Shown here: positions 1 to 32,449 of the stretch, in pieces
How positions within the stretch are numbered: position 1 is the stretch's first letter
Layout: the number at the start of each line of letters is the position of its first letter
DNA from: Macrostomum lignano
Lineage: Eukaryota
Assembly (NCBI GenBank): GCA_002269645.1
Contig: NIVC01000271.1
Coordinates: 186,001 to 250,000, forward strand
Direction of reading: 5' to 3'
Length of the DNA: 64,000 bases
The notes under the pieces: model-generated
Databases searched by the model: none
Seen by the model: only the letters and a program-made list of their open reading frames with translations
What the model was told of the DNA's origin: nothing
Program-made: the position numbers and the translations under genes

Positions 1-107
1 TTTGCATAATCCTCTTTGAAACTCAAATGTTGTAGTTTTGGATTTAATTTTAAAAGAATTAAAAAAATAATATATAGATAGTTTATAAAATTATAGTTAT
101 CAATGGT

Positions 108-1781
108 TATATGACGAGTATAACTTTGGCCATCAACTTTTCTGTCAACTTTTCCGTCAACTTTTCCGTTAACTTTTCTGTCAACTTTTCCGTCAAGTAT
201 TCCGTCAACTTTTCCATCAAGTATTCTGTCAAATTTTCCGTCAACAATTTATTGTTCTGAAAAAAACATGTGGCTTTCTCAAATAGGATCATCATGCGAG
301 TAGCTCTTTGATCATTTATTGTGTTTGCATGCTTATATATATCAATGAAAAAACAAGCCTGCACTGCATTAGTAACAACGTACATCTTTTCCATTTTCCC
401 TAGTACTAGTGCTTTATTTCACAAAGATAAATTGATGAACAAGTGCAGATGTTGTAGTGCAGGTAGTGTAGCAATACCAATTAAATTCTGGAACATGTCG
501 CACTGGAAATTTTTGTGTGTGTTTTTTATTTCTAATTTACACATGTACATGTGTATATACTCAACAAATTTAAAGCATGTATAAAAAATTGCTAAGGAAA
601 CTGCACTTATGCAAAAAATTAACACTTTCCATTCAGAGTACACAAAAAATTTGATAGAATATATTTCACAGACTTGCATAAATGTTGATGAAATAGTTAA
701 CGGAAAAGTGTGAGATATTTGGCGGAAAAGTTAATGGAAATGTTGACAGAAGAGTTAACGGAAAAATTTATCGGAATACTTGATGGAATAGTTAACGGAA
801 AAGTTAACGGAAAAGTTGACGGAAAAGTTTGACGTAAAAGTTGACAGAATAGTTAACGGAAAAAGTTATTTATCCTACTAACACGAAAATGTGCCAGGCC
901 TTCTGGCTCTGTCTTTCTAAACTTCTAACTATTAGCGTTTATTAAATATCCCACTATTGCCACCAGCTGTGACAGGTGTTATTCCTACAGTTATCCTGAT
1001 TATACTTGTTTCTACTCCCTAACTATTTCTTAGAATTTCATTTAAATATTTCTGGGTAGCGTTCTTAGTAGCGTCTCTGGTAGCGTATGGCTTGCTTTCT
1101 GGTAGCGTTCTGGTAGCTTATGGCTTGCTTTCTGGTAGCGTTCTGGTAGCTTATGGCTTGCTTTCTGGTAGCGTTCTGGTAGCTTATGGCTTGCTTTCTG
1201 GTAGCGTTCTGGTAGCTTATGGCCTGAGCGGTCTAGTACTGGTATATGTATTAGTGAATAGTCCTAATCGGGCGTTACCGAGACTAGAGGGTCACGGCGC
1301 CTCTTTTAGTATAACTCCAAGAATTAGTCCCAATTTCCCTTCTCTTAGCAAATTTCTTAGAATCATTTCACAGGTTTTTGCAAATGAATAAGTCGCTATT
1401 CAACTTAAAGACTTTGAAAGGTTTAGATCAAACTGCTTGTTTTGTTTGCAATATAGCTCACAGGTATCAGACAGTTGGTTTATTTGCTATAAAATCGCTC
1501 CTATATATAGTGGTTTCCCCCCATACAATTAAAACAAAAAATAATTCCCCAATTTATTTCGCGCAGTAAAACAAAAATATTCGGTACGGTAAAACAAAAT
1601 ATTTATCTAGTATTTCGCACGAGTTTAGTTTCTAAGAAAACATACCTTTATTGCTCAAAATTCGTACAGTATTAAAGCACTACTACAAAAAGTTGACGGA
1701 ATAGTTGACGGAATAGTTAACAGAAAAGTTAATGGAAAAGTTGACGGAAAAGTTGATGGCCAAAGTTATACTCATGTTATA
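108..1781. mobile_element. Non-autonomous fold-back/TIR DNA element with long inverted termini built of ~12-bp subrepeats (AACTTTTCCGTC)
   Basis: Left end gagtataactttggccatcaacttttc(t/c)gtc... (~116-250) is the reverse complement of ...gacggaaaagttgatggccaaagttatactc (~1690-1773). A third subrepeat block at ~700-870 has the right-end orientation. No transposase ORF; TSD not resolved; superfamily unassigned. Confidence 0.6.
1070..1225 (+). repeat. 33-bp tandem repeat (tagcgttctggtagcttatggcttgctttctgg) inside the fold-back element
   Basis: About 4 copies seen directly; explains ORF 1092..1391. Confidence 0.9.
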
Positions 1782-2158
1782 TGAGACATAAGTCTAATTT
1801 TTCTGAGAAATCTGAGAAAATGTCTTAGTGGCCTAATCTAAAAAAGTTAGAAGACTTACTATAATAATGTATTCATTTTTTGTGAACTTTCTAGTAAAGT
1901 AATACTTTAAACCATACCTAAGAATAGCTAAAGGACTTCTTCAAGTTTAAGTTGATAAAATACTTTTGATTTTACTATTTTTAAAAACTTTTTTAGCATA
2001 GACACTCACTTATTGGATGTCCAATATCAAAAAGTAAAAAAAACTACAAATAAAACCTATATGTCAAGCTTATATATTATATATCATTATCAGGTAGCAT
2101 ATTAATAAAGGATCAGTCTTATTTTATAGTTTTGGGTTAATATAAATTATTATGCTTT

Positions 2159-3505
2159 AAAGGTGTATTCAAAAAGTTCTTTTTGGTGCCCTACAAAACT
2201 GAACACAAAACAACTGGAACTATGAAGACACTGTTAGATTGCTTAACATGATTCTGTCAGTCAACATATTCACTGCCAATGTCTTTACACTTCTGCCAGT
2301 GATTTACCAGGCCTCTGATTCTGGAACTCACACCACTCGCGTCCATTTGGAAAAAAAGCTTGATTGCATGCGGCTTCAATGTGCTTGACACTGTTGAATT
2401 GAATGCTTTGAAGGTGTCTCTTCACAGATAGAAATAGTAAGAAGTTGCACGCTGACAAATGAGGCAAATAGGGTAGATGTTGGAGCACTTCCTAGCCCCA
2501 TTTGCTCAGGAGTTCCATGACATTATGCTTGCGATGTGCTGGCACATTGTCGTGCAGCAAGATCAGGCCAGATTCCAGCAGATCAGGGTGCTTCTTTTGT
2601 ATTGCTGGGCGCAACATCTCGTGCAGAATCCACTTGTAGTAGTCCCCATTGACGGTGGTTCCTTGTGGGACTGCCCAGTTCAGCAAGATTCCTTGGGAAT
2701 AAAAAAACATGATATGCATGATCTTCATCGCGCCCTGCTTCCTGATGGCCTTCTGAGGTCTTGGAGAATGTGCTGGAAGCCATTTGGAAGACTGGGCCTT
2801 GGTGGCTCAGGATCCCAGCTGTAAACCCACATCTCGTCTCCAGCAACAATTCTTGATAGAAAATCCTCCTCTTCTTGATGGAACCAATGCAGGTGGCTGC
2901 TTGAAGCCACAGTTTGCTGCATCTTTTGCTCACCTGTCAGCAGGTGTGGCACCCACTTGTAGAACTTTTTCTGCAGGTGAAGATGCTCTGTCAGAATGAT
3001 GTGGATGCTTCCTACTGACACCAACATCTTCTGCCAACTTTTTGCAAGTCTGTAGCCAATCATCATCCAGGAGCTCTTGCACTTTCTTCACAACAGTCTT
3101 GTTGGTTGCAGTCATTGGTCTTCCAGAGTGATCATTGTCCTCAACGCTCTCTCTTCCCTCAGCAAACAGCTGGTACCATTTTTGAACTGTCTGCTCAGTT
3201 GGTGCACAGTTGCCAAGCACTTGCTGGAGCTCCCTAAACATATCCAGTGGCTTTTTTCTTTGCAGAAACTGAAACTTCATAAAGCTTCAAATGTCTTGCT
3301 TTGAAAATGATTCAGCCATGGCCAAGAAATTGAGTGGTAGCTGATAGAAATGTTCACTGCTCTAACATAGTTGCAAACTGAGGCTTAAAACCCTAGGAAA
3401 GTTTAGGCCATAGACATAACTTGGTGAAATCACTAAAATTCTGTTTACAACACTTTCTAAAAATAAATGCCAAAGGACCAAAAAGAAATTTTTGAATACA
3501 CCTCA
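2159..3505 (-). mobile_element. Decayed Tc1/mariner (mariner-type) transposon, ~1.35 kb
   Basis: TIRs aggtgtattcaaaaagttctttttggt (2161) and accaaaaagaaatttttgaatacacctca (ends 3505, followed by TA; left TA not preserved). Frameshifted minus-strand transposase pieces: HTH ...VQKWYQLFAEGRESVED..SGRP, WVPHLLT, IVAGDEMWVY, HDNVPAH, and YLPHLSACNFLLF (degenerate YSPDLAPCDF). Confidence 0.93.
2285..3280 (-). pseudogene. Frameshifted mariner transposase
   Basis: ORF fragments 2930..3280, 2725..3066, 2492..2728 and 2285..2488 give consecutive parts of one mariner transposase in different frames. Confidence 0.92.
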
Positions 3506-3727
3506 TACTTATACTAAACACTCTAAGGAAATAACTTTAATCTTTTTTAGTAATAATGCTCATGCTCATAATATTTGTTATTGATTATAATCATAGATTT
3601 TATCTTTGTTACTCAATATATATTTAATGCAAACATAAATATAAAGATTGTATCATTTCATTGAAGGTTCTCAAAATTCTGTGATAAATCTTTAATTAAT
3701 GTCTTCAAATTTTTTTTTTATTTTTAG

Positions 3728-17471
<13,744 letters not shown>

Positions 17472-17559
17472 CTCTGAGATTCAATCAGACACTTGTAAAC
17501 TCTATCTGTGTGTATCGAAATTAGGAAAAATCTATTTAAATCATAATTGATGAGTGTCT

Positions 17560-18092
17560 CAATCTGAAGATGCTGAGACACTGCAGCTCTTCAGTCTGAA
17601 GATGCTGAGACACTGGAGCTGTTCAGTCTGAAGATGCTGAGACACTGGAGCTGTTCAGTCTGAAGATGCTGAGACACGAGCTCTTCAGTCTGAAGATGCT
17701 GAGACACTGCAGCTCTTCAGTCTGAAGATGCTGAGACACTGGAACTCTTCAGTCTGAAGATGCTGAGACACTGGAGCTGTTCAGTCTGAAGATGCTGAGA
17801 CACTGGAGCTCTTCAGTCTGAAGATGCTGAGACACTGGAGCTCTTCAGTCTGAAGATGCTGAGACACTGGAGCTCTTCAGTCTGAAGATGCTGAGACACT
17901 GGAGCTCTTCAGTCTGAAGATGTTGAGACACTGGAGCTCTTCAGTCTGAAGATGCTGAGACACTGGAGCTCTTCAGTCTGAAGATGCTGAGACACTGGAG
18001 CTCTTCAGTCTGAAGATGCTGATACACTGGAGCTCTTCAGTCTGAAGATGCTGAGACACTGGAGCTCTTCAGTCTGAAGATGCTGAGACACT
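17560..18092 (+). repeat. 32-bp minisatellite (tctgaagatgctgagacactggagctcttcag) downstream of the Vps8 stop
   Basis: About 16 near-identical copies; unit junction forms TCTTCAG-T-CTGAAGA. Confidence 0.97.
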
Positions 18093-18739
18093 TAAAGTCC
18101 TTCATCATATGAAAATTCTCAGCCAAAAATTGGATGAAAATGCTAACCTATTGCCATTTACTCGATAGATTATGTTAATTGTGTTTCGCTCTTATAGCAC
18201 CATCTTATGATGATATTAATTTTGTCATGTACATGGCGTATGTCACAGAAGTTCATGCCATAACCTTTTTTGTTTTACAAAATCACTTGATTAACTTATT
18301 GATACCTGATAGTGTTTACTGGGTTCGTCAAGTTTTATTATTTAACCACATAAAGTCCTTGCATAATTGATTGGATAAACTTCCTACTCAATTTTACGCT
18401 TACATTAGTCTGTATTCGCTGAAGGTTTCAATCTCATCTCATTATGTTAACTCGAGTTTAACCGAATTATTTACTATAGTTTTGAGTTCTGTGATTTGTA
18501 TTACTTTTTCATACGATTATGATTATTGTTGTTATTACTGTTAACATGTTACATCGATGATTTATCGTCAAATTATGTTTAAAAATTAAAAAAACATTTT
18601 TTAAAATAACCTTAACTGTTATGAATATTACTGTGTTCTAGAAAAGACTTTTTTAACCTTATATATTCGTTTTTTAAGTAACCTTAGCCTGGAACCGGAA
18701 TAAAATACTTGTCAGTTTGTGTTAGCTACTGTAGTTTAT

Positions 18740-18950
18740 TAGGTGAATTTCACAGGCCAGACAACAGATAGTCAGGGCCGCTGTACACCTTGTGTGAACG
18801 TGTGTATGAGTGCGTGCCTGTGTACAGTGTCTGCTTGTACTGCTCAGGACTCAGGAGTCAACGGAATGAGCAGAGTTGACGTCAGCACTGGTTGTGAAAC
18901 GACGTTGCCAAAGGCGTTTCTCCGGGATGCCCGCACAACCCTCTTGAAAA
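18740..18950 (+). mobile_element. SINE family B, copy 2 (5'-truncated or diverged)
   Basis: agtcagggccgctgtacaccttgtgtgaa..ggagtcaacggaatg..gtcagcactggttgtgaaacgacgttgccaaaggcgtt aligns with the minus-strand copy at 40140-40440. Confidence 0.65.
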
Positions 18951-19108
18951 CAAAGAAACTCTTACGTTACGTAACTCCAAAAATCTTCGGTCAGACACCC
19001 TGAAATCTCTGGATTAGTTGATGACACTCTAAGCCTTTTTAAGCCACGCTAAGCTCTCAATTGTAAAGGCATTCGAGCTAATCATTCTACGAAATTCTAC
19101 AATTTCAG

Positions 19109-19741
19109 TTGTTCCGTCGCTTCGGCCGTCTCCGAGCCGTCTACCGGCTGAGTCGTCGCAGAGCCAACCGTTTGCTGACGTGTCACCTCCTAGCCGCCAA
19201 CTGCGTTATCTGCGGCGTCAGCTCCTGCCTCGGCGACATCATCAGCCAGCGACTGGAATCGACCAATAATGATAGGCGAACTCACAGCTGGAGTCGCACG
19301 GCCACCATCAGCCTGTGCGGCCTGATGCTGGGCCCGCTGTCGCACTATTGGTACCTGTACTTGGACCGGCGTTTCGTTGGTAGAACGGGCCGCTCTCTGG
19401 CTTATAAGCTACTGTTTGACACGATCTTTTTCTCGCCATTGTACATCACGTTGTACGTTCTGGCGTTGGGCTTATTGCGCAAGTCTACGCTAGAAGAGGT
19501 ACGCGACGATCTAATTGAGTCCGGTCTCACGATTTACAAGTACGAGGCCACGGTTTGGACAGCCGCTCAGGTGTTTAACTTTTATTTTCTGCCAACCCGC
19601 CTGAGAGTTACGTTTGACAATTTGGTTTCGCTGGGATTCGATACCCTTTACTCGTATCGATTGAATCGATCGAGAGATGAGCGAAAGAGTGCAGAAGTCC
19701 AACAGAGCAGCTTAGTGATTGATCGAAGCGAAAATAAATAA
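19109..19741 (+). CDS. Mpv17/PMP22 family membrane protein (MPV17L2-like), single coding exon lacking its own ATG
   Basis: Motifs LGDIISQ, WSRT...CGLMLGPLSHYWYLYLD, KLLFDTIFFSP, WTAAQVFNFYFLP..RVTFDNLVSLGFDTLYS are typical of the family. ORF starts immediately after acceptor aatttcAG (19107-19108). Confidence 0.9.
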   Translation: MFRRFGRLRAVYRLSRRRANRLLTCHLLAANCVICGVSSCLGDIISQRLESTNNDRRTHSWSRTATISLCGLMLGPLSHYWYLYLDRRFVGRTGRSLAYKLLFDTIFFSPLYITLYVLALGLLRKSTLEEVRDDLIESGLTIYKYEATVWTAAQVFNFYFLPTRLRVTFDNLVSLGFDTLYSYRLNRSRDERKSAEVQQSSLVIDRSENK

Positions 19742-21132
19742 CTTTTAGATTCTGCTCCTTTGTCATCTTATTTGTGATTCATCGCCATCTGCATGTCTTT
19801 ATTTATTTTAAATTTTGTTTGCGCATTTTATTGGCCATTGCATTTTATTTGTTTAAAAAACTTTTATTTGATTTTAAATAAACAAAAATCTTTTGAATTT
19901 CAGTCTACTTTTGCTGTTTTGAATTGTTACTTGGGTCACTTTTTTACTCCTGTTGTTTTTTACTCTGAAATCAAGAATATTGACGTCGACGTGCATTTTA
20001 ATGATATTCACATGTACAGTGTACATGCATATACTATGTAAGTATTTTTTTACTGTAGTAAATCTAATTTTAACTTAAGTAGTGTTACAGTTAGAAATTA
20101 TATCATTCTCAATACTTATTGAATCGAATCGATTGTCTTATTAATTCTAGTCGAGGCCGTTTATACTTAGTAAAATAATTCTGGTTCAATTAATGCAGCT
20201 AGCTGTATTCGATCTCTGCTTTCACTGGTATTCTGCATTGTGATTAAAGATAAAAGGAGATTTCAGGTACAGATACATGCACATGTACATGTGGTACCAT
20301 GTAGCTAGCTACATGTATGACACGTACTTTAATTTCGACAGTTGAGAATTAGAAAAGAGCTCCCTTGCTCTTTTTCTTCTATCGATCTCCTTGTATACAT
20401 GTACATGAATATCCATATATAGTGTACATGTAGTAAAAAAACATCTATAGCGATAGCTGGCTTTTGCACTTTTTTAACAGAACCTGTTCACGAGCCAACT
20501 ACATGTATAAACTAAGGACTACTTGATATACGTTACTTTAGTCGTCCTTGGTATGAACGACGATTTTTGTCCGACTCAATGTGGTTAAAATTGAATTTCC
20601 GACATACAGAAGTTTTAATCAGGGACCACTGGTTTTATTAAAGTTTCCAGTTTGGAATAACTCTAAAGTTTTAATGAAAAACTCGAATTCTAGACGAATA
20701 CGGACGTCATAGTTTTATTTGCAGCTAGTATAGCTACATATGTTAGGTGTCTACGCTTTTCGGTGCCTGTGCTTTTCGGTGCCCGGCATTTCGGTACTCC
20801 AGTTTGATATCGGTGCCTAAAATGTAAATAAGAATTAGACACAACCACAAAAATAGAAAGTGAGCCATAATTGAACAATTTACGTTTCATTTGCAGTATT
20901 CTGTTTATTCGACTTGAGTTGACTTTGTATTAAAACAAAATAAATGACGCAAGCAGTAAAAACTTCACACAATATATTCGGAATTTGCAAAAACTTAAAA
21001 TTATTGTTGTGATTGTTTGCTGCTGCTGTTTTGTAAAACTAAATTTTAAGTATTTATTTCCAGTATTTTTATTATGCTTGTTTCTAATAAAAAGCTTAAT
21101 ATAGAATATTGGATCGGCGAGCAGTCAACTAA

Positions 21133-21391
21133 GGGCCTTTTCATATTACCAATTCCAGAACCAGAATCGGTTTGGAATTCCAAGAAAAACAGCAGTATAA
21201 CTATTAAACTCTGTTAATATTTTACTGCCTTAACAACATAACTTAGCACAATTTTTCACTTTCTTCTTGGCGATTGTCATTCAATAATAAAACTTTATAG
21301 TATGTATCTCTATCTAGTTATGGAGACAAAAAGTTATACTTCACAAATTGGTTCTGGTTCTGGAACCAGAGCAAGCAATATGAAAAGGCCC
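21133..21391. mobile_element. PIF/Harbinger (Tourist-like) MITE, 259 bp
   Basis: TIRs gggccttttcatatt / aatatgaaaaggccc, flanked on both sides by TAA (21130-21132 and 21392-21394). Confidence 0.85.
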
Positions 21392-22007
21392 TAAGAGTAA
21401 TTATAATAATTAGAAATATTGACTATTTATTGTCACGGCCTCAGTGGCCTCATGGCAAGAAAAAATAACATGACTAGAAAAATCTATCTGCTTATTTATA
21501 ATGGTGTATTTTTTATCTGAATTTGACATCACATCACATTTTCCAATTTATGTGGCTTACTGCTAGCTACTCTTATTATCTGTAGCCTATATTACTAATA
21601 TATAATATTATGATAGCTAATAATTAAAACTGTAATATAATTATATGCTTATCATAGTCCAGAAGGTGGCCTTTATGCTGGAAAATTCTGACATTTTTAC
21701 CTTACTGACAACCTTGGTATAGGCTATACTTACTTAAACCAGGGATGGTTAATGGCTACCATAGTCCAGATCATGCTGGGTGCACACTAGAGCCCAACTT
21801 GGATTCTGATCCCGATCTCGACTTGGTTGGGACCCAAGTGTTTTTTTAGATTCCCAACCATGTTGATTGTTGGAGTTAATGTTGGGAGTCAAGAAAAGTT
21901 GGGTGAGATTAATAAGAAGTTTTTACATTTCAAGTATAGGCCCCTACCATGAAAATTGTTTAGAAGCAACTTTGAAAGGACTAAATTAGGCAAGTATGCC
22001 AAATTGA

Positions 22008-22689
22008 TAGAGCTGTCAAAATTAGAGACTTTATTCGAGACAAGATTCGAGATGAGAAAAGCTTATAAGTTGAGAATTTTGAGACAAGACAAGACAAAGT
22101 AAATCTAAAAAAATATATTTCAGAATTGCATCTTGTCTTGCTCTTATCTTGTCTTAAATTTCTTGATAAGAAACAATTATAAAATATATTTTTTAGATTT
22201 TCCAGAATACTTTCTTAATTCTAGTTTTAATTCTTTGCTATTTATTCATAAGCATTTATGCTTGTAGCATATAGACCCTTGGCCCTACTATGTCTATTAC
22301 TAATTCATCAAAAGACCTGTGTAGATTGTCTTCGAGTCTGCTATGATACACCTTGCCACAAAACTGTAATGATAACTAAAAGAGCGCATATGCAATGCAA
22401 ACTTGTATATAACGATGTTCGTTAAATAACTAAAACTGCTCGACATTGGCTAGATTTTACCATTTGAAAATTGCCCTATCAAGCGTGTTACAACAAACAG
22501 TTGTATTTATATAAAAAAGTTGCTCCCCTTTTTATATCTTATCACTTAAAAGCTTTTGAAAAAAGGTATCAGAAAAATTCTTGAATCTTGTCTCAAATTT
22601 CTTAACAAAATTTGAGATTTTTCAAGACGAGAAAAAATGTCGAGATCTTGTCTTGAATCTTGTCTCGTCAAGATCTCGTGACAGCTCTA
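22008..22689. mobile_element. Non-autonomous hAT element, 682 bp
   Basis: TIRs tagagctgtca / tgacagctcta; perfect 8-bp TSD caaattga (22000-22007 and 22690-22697); subterminal gagacaaga/tcttgtctc motifs. Confidence 0.9.
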
Positions 22690-22857
22690 CAAATTGATTT
22701 GTTTATTTAGTTCAAGGTTATTCTTATTTCCTAGAATATGTTCACTTGAATCAATGAATTAACTTATTCAAACAAAAAGTAGGGCCTAGGCCAATTAAAA
22801 AGCAAGATTTTGTGCTAAAAGTGTTATTTGAAATTTTTTTTGAGATTTTTTGAGATT

Positions 22858-23153
22858 AAGAGTTTTAGCAACAAAAACCCATTTTCTAATAGCTATGGAT
22901 CTAGTAGTCTCCTATAGATAGTTATCTACTAATAAAATCTTTGAATATTTTAAGTAGGCCTATCTCAGTATCTGTTTTGAATCTTATTATATTATTTTGA
23001 TCTTATTGTAAACAAAATCTTAATATCAACTACCCATTAAAATAGGTTATAATTTATATTATTATTTGTATATTAAATCCATAAAATGCACTACTAGGAT
23101 AATACTACCAGATTTATAGCTATTAGAAAATGGGTTCTAATGCTAGAACTCTA
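22858..23153. mobile_element. Degenerate MITE-like element with ~40-bp imperfect TIRs
   Basis: agagttttagcaacaaaaacccattttctaatagctat versus atagctattagaaaatgggttctaatgctagaactct; TSD unclear. Confidence 0.55.
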
Positions 23154-25708
23154 GCCATTGCCTACACTAGGTATATAGTATAGAAATTTTAGGTATAACA
23201 ATAACTAATATATATAGAAACATAGTTGACATGCAAAAAAGTCAAGTTTAGGCTTAATGTAGTATATATAATATATTTAAATATCAATCAAAAAAGTTCC
23301 TTTAGAAATGATTGGAAATATCAATAAAAAATAATAATTTAACTTGGAAAAAAGTACAGATAATAATTGCTTCTATCCAAAAAAGTAAAGGCAATACCAA
23401 AACTTTTTATCTAAAAATCAACCAAAAAATTAGATTTCCAAAATAGACACTTTAAAGTTCTGTAAAGCCCTTGTTATTTATAAAAAACTATATTATCATA
23501 AAAGTTGGCATATATAAAATTTTTTTAACTTATATAATTAAAACAACTCAAATTTTCATTCTAGTGTATTCCTACCATGATTTGGACTTTTGGGTATTGT
23601 ATATATAATTATATTTATTATGTCAATGATAATTCCAAAGATATGATAACCTATTATGTAAAATTTAGAATTTTGTAAGGAGTATATAATAAGCTTCTAG
23701 ATGCACAAACTAAAATAATTAGATTAGTGAGCAATTAATAGTCACATTTTCAAGATACTTTCCAAAAAAGTCTATGCACTATTACATCTTTTTAAACCAC
23801 TTGAACTGACTTTCAAACCATTGAAGCCACTAGACTACTTTAAACTTGGCATTTCCTCAACATGCCTAACAAAAGCCTCAATTGCAGCATTTTGCTTTTT
23901 GCTTTTGCTTCTAGCTTTTGTCTCAAAAATGGCCAATATCTGCTTTGCCACTATGCTTTTATTGTAGCTTCAATAGTAAAGTGCTTCCAACTAATGTCCA
24001 CTAGGCTAACTGTTATTTACACTTGGTCTCTAGGCCTAAACTATAGATCCAGGATTTGTTACTGATAATTTTTTAGATTAGGTTTAAGCAACCACCATTA
24101 AGTCTATTGAGCATAGCATGGCACAAAGCCATCTAAGCCTCCTTTTATCCTTTTTAAAATGATAAAGCACCTGGTATATAGAAATCTTGTTTAGGTTCAG
24201 CCTTAAGTGCAGGATAATGCAGATAGCTCCCAATAAGATCCCCATTTTTGTCTCTATTTAAGTAACAATTACCCTGGTATAATCCTCTAACATTGCCTGA
24301 ATAAAAGCAATTATCCTCTTTGCTTGCTATAGAAGTAGGGTCATGGCTGCACTATTTATCATCTAGACTCCATTGGCCACATCAAAATTTGCCCAACCAC
24401 TTCAAAACTATAGTCCTAGAAGGTCTTTCAAAGCCACTTGAAGTCACTCAAAGCTCTTTTGTTACCTTAGACCACTTTTGTAGCTATACTAAATCATTGC
24501 TTTGCAATGACCTCTGTTGAGCTCCATTGTGAATTTTCAATGTTAGGGGGATATGCTTTTTTGTGTGAATGGTAGTTGCAGAGGCATTATAGAGTGAATT
24601 TGTCTAAAATTGTATAAATATAATCACAAGTAATATATAAAACCTGCTATGCCAAATTGTGTATATCACTTTTCTACTTTACATATACAGAAACTTATTG
24701 CATACCCCTTATATAAATAAAAAAAATTACCCATCTTTCAAATAGTATATTTAAGTGAATGAATATCAATCTAATGCCCCTTTCAGGGTGCCCAATAAGC
24801 AAAGAGAAAAACTTATATTCATGCTAATCCATTGAAAAGCACATTTTCTTAAGAACTATTTCTTTCTTCAGTTTTATAAATTGCCTTATTTAAGTAAATT
24901 TTAATTGACAAAGATGCTTCCTATAAATCTCTTGCTTCTAAAAGTAACAAAAAGATACAACAAAATAAAGTCTTAACAAAGATAATAAGCATTCCCCCTA
25001 AATTGAAAGAATCCCCTAGACCACAAGTATCCTACCAAGTAATACCAAGTAAATAGTATTCTTAACTTTGGCATTGTAGCTCTAACCTAAAATGTCATTT
25101 TCTGTTTTAATTATATTAGCAGCTAAAGCAGTCTACTTTTTCTAAGTTGTTATCATACTTCTTTAATTCTATCACAATAGTCAAGGTAGGCTATAAATAC
25201 TAAAATACATTGTAGCCAAAATACCTTATATATGCTAGATGCATACAAAAAAGCCTGTCAACTTAAGCTCATAAAGTGAAGCCCAAGTAACCTATGTACA
25301 CAAATTATATGCCATTCTGCTCACATTGACACCAGGAAGCTGAATTTGGGGGAAAATGTACAAAAATTGGACCTGAAATAGTAGAGAACAAGCGAGGGCA
25401 CAATTAGGGACCATTAAGTAAACTTAAGCTTATAAGGTGGGATCCCAAATAGTTTTTTGTATTTTAGTTATTTTTTGTATACATTACTGCATGTTTAAAT
25501 CATTGGCCTCTCCCATTCCTGTGCCACATGTGATATTGCAGTTTACTCAAAAAAATTGCGCAGCCAAAACGCCAATTTAGTTGCTAGCGGCGCGCAATTC
25601 GATATTTAAAAAAAGTTTGTCAACGTTAGTTTAGTCAACAGTAATTTAGTGCCTTCCTTATTATTAAATATCTATTGTGCCACAGGTGGTGCTTAAATCT
25701 AATAAAAC

Positions 25709-31857
<6,149 letters not shown>

Positions 31858-32449
31858 CCGGTAGATGCTTATCCTTAACAGCCTGTAACCATTGTCACTA
31901 TATAACTGCATGCCTTCCAGTTTATGAAGACGATTATATATATATATATAAATCATCCAATTAAGCAGTCTTATATAATGTATTTGTGCGTGCGTGTTTG
32001 GCCTGACATCTGTCCAGTTGCCTTTTCTGTTCTGGGACACTGCGGCACGATACTAATTGATACTAATATGTTTATGTCTGTGTGTACTTTTATATTTTGG
32101 CATCTGTTTGGTAGACTTTGTTAGACAGAACTCTGCCTTCCCATTACCTTTTTGGCGATGCCAATAGTACTGGTTGTCTATTGACACATTTAGGAATATT
32201 GTAGATCAGGATTAGCTTGCATAGGCGTAGGAGGTATAGAGAAAAACGAATTGAAAAAATATCAAGCACGACATTTTAGTGCGCAGTTTAAGCAGAATAT
32301 ATTTTAGTTTTTTTTCTACTAAACGGATACAGATATTTTGGACTACGTTAATTTTGCCATTTTAATTTTACTATTAAGGTTTGTTTAAGGTTGATTTGGT
32401 TCTAAGCTATACAGTGAAAGATTGACTGCTTTGAGTCTAAGAGCAAATG

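Noticed and set aside
17560-18092. CRISPR-like array (32-bp palindromic repeats); also the 34-, 36- and 46-bp arrays
   Set aside because: Units are head-to-tail with no unique spacers, no cas genes, eukaryotic context.
23750-24520. Possible decayed transposase-like coding relic in the CpG desert
   Set aside because: Many stops and no motif I can identify; a translated search would be needed.
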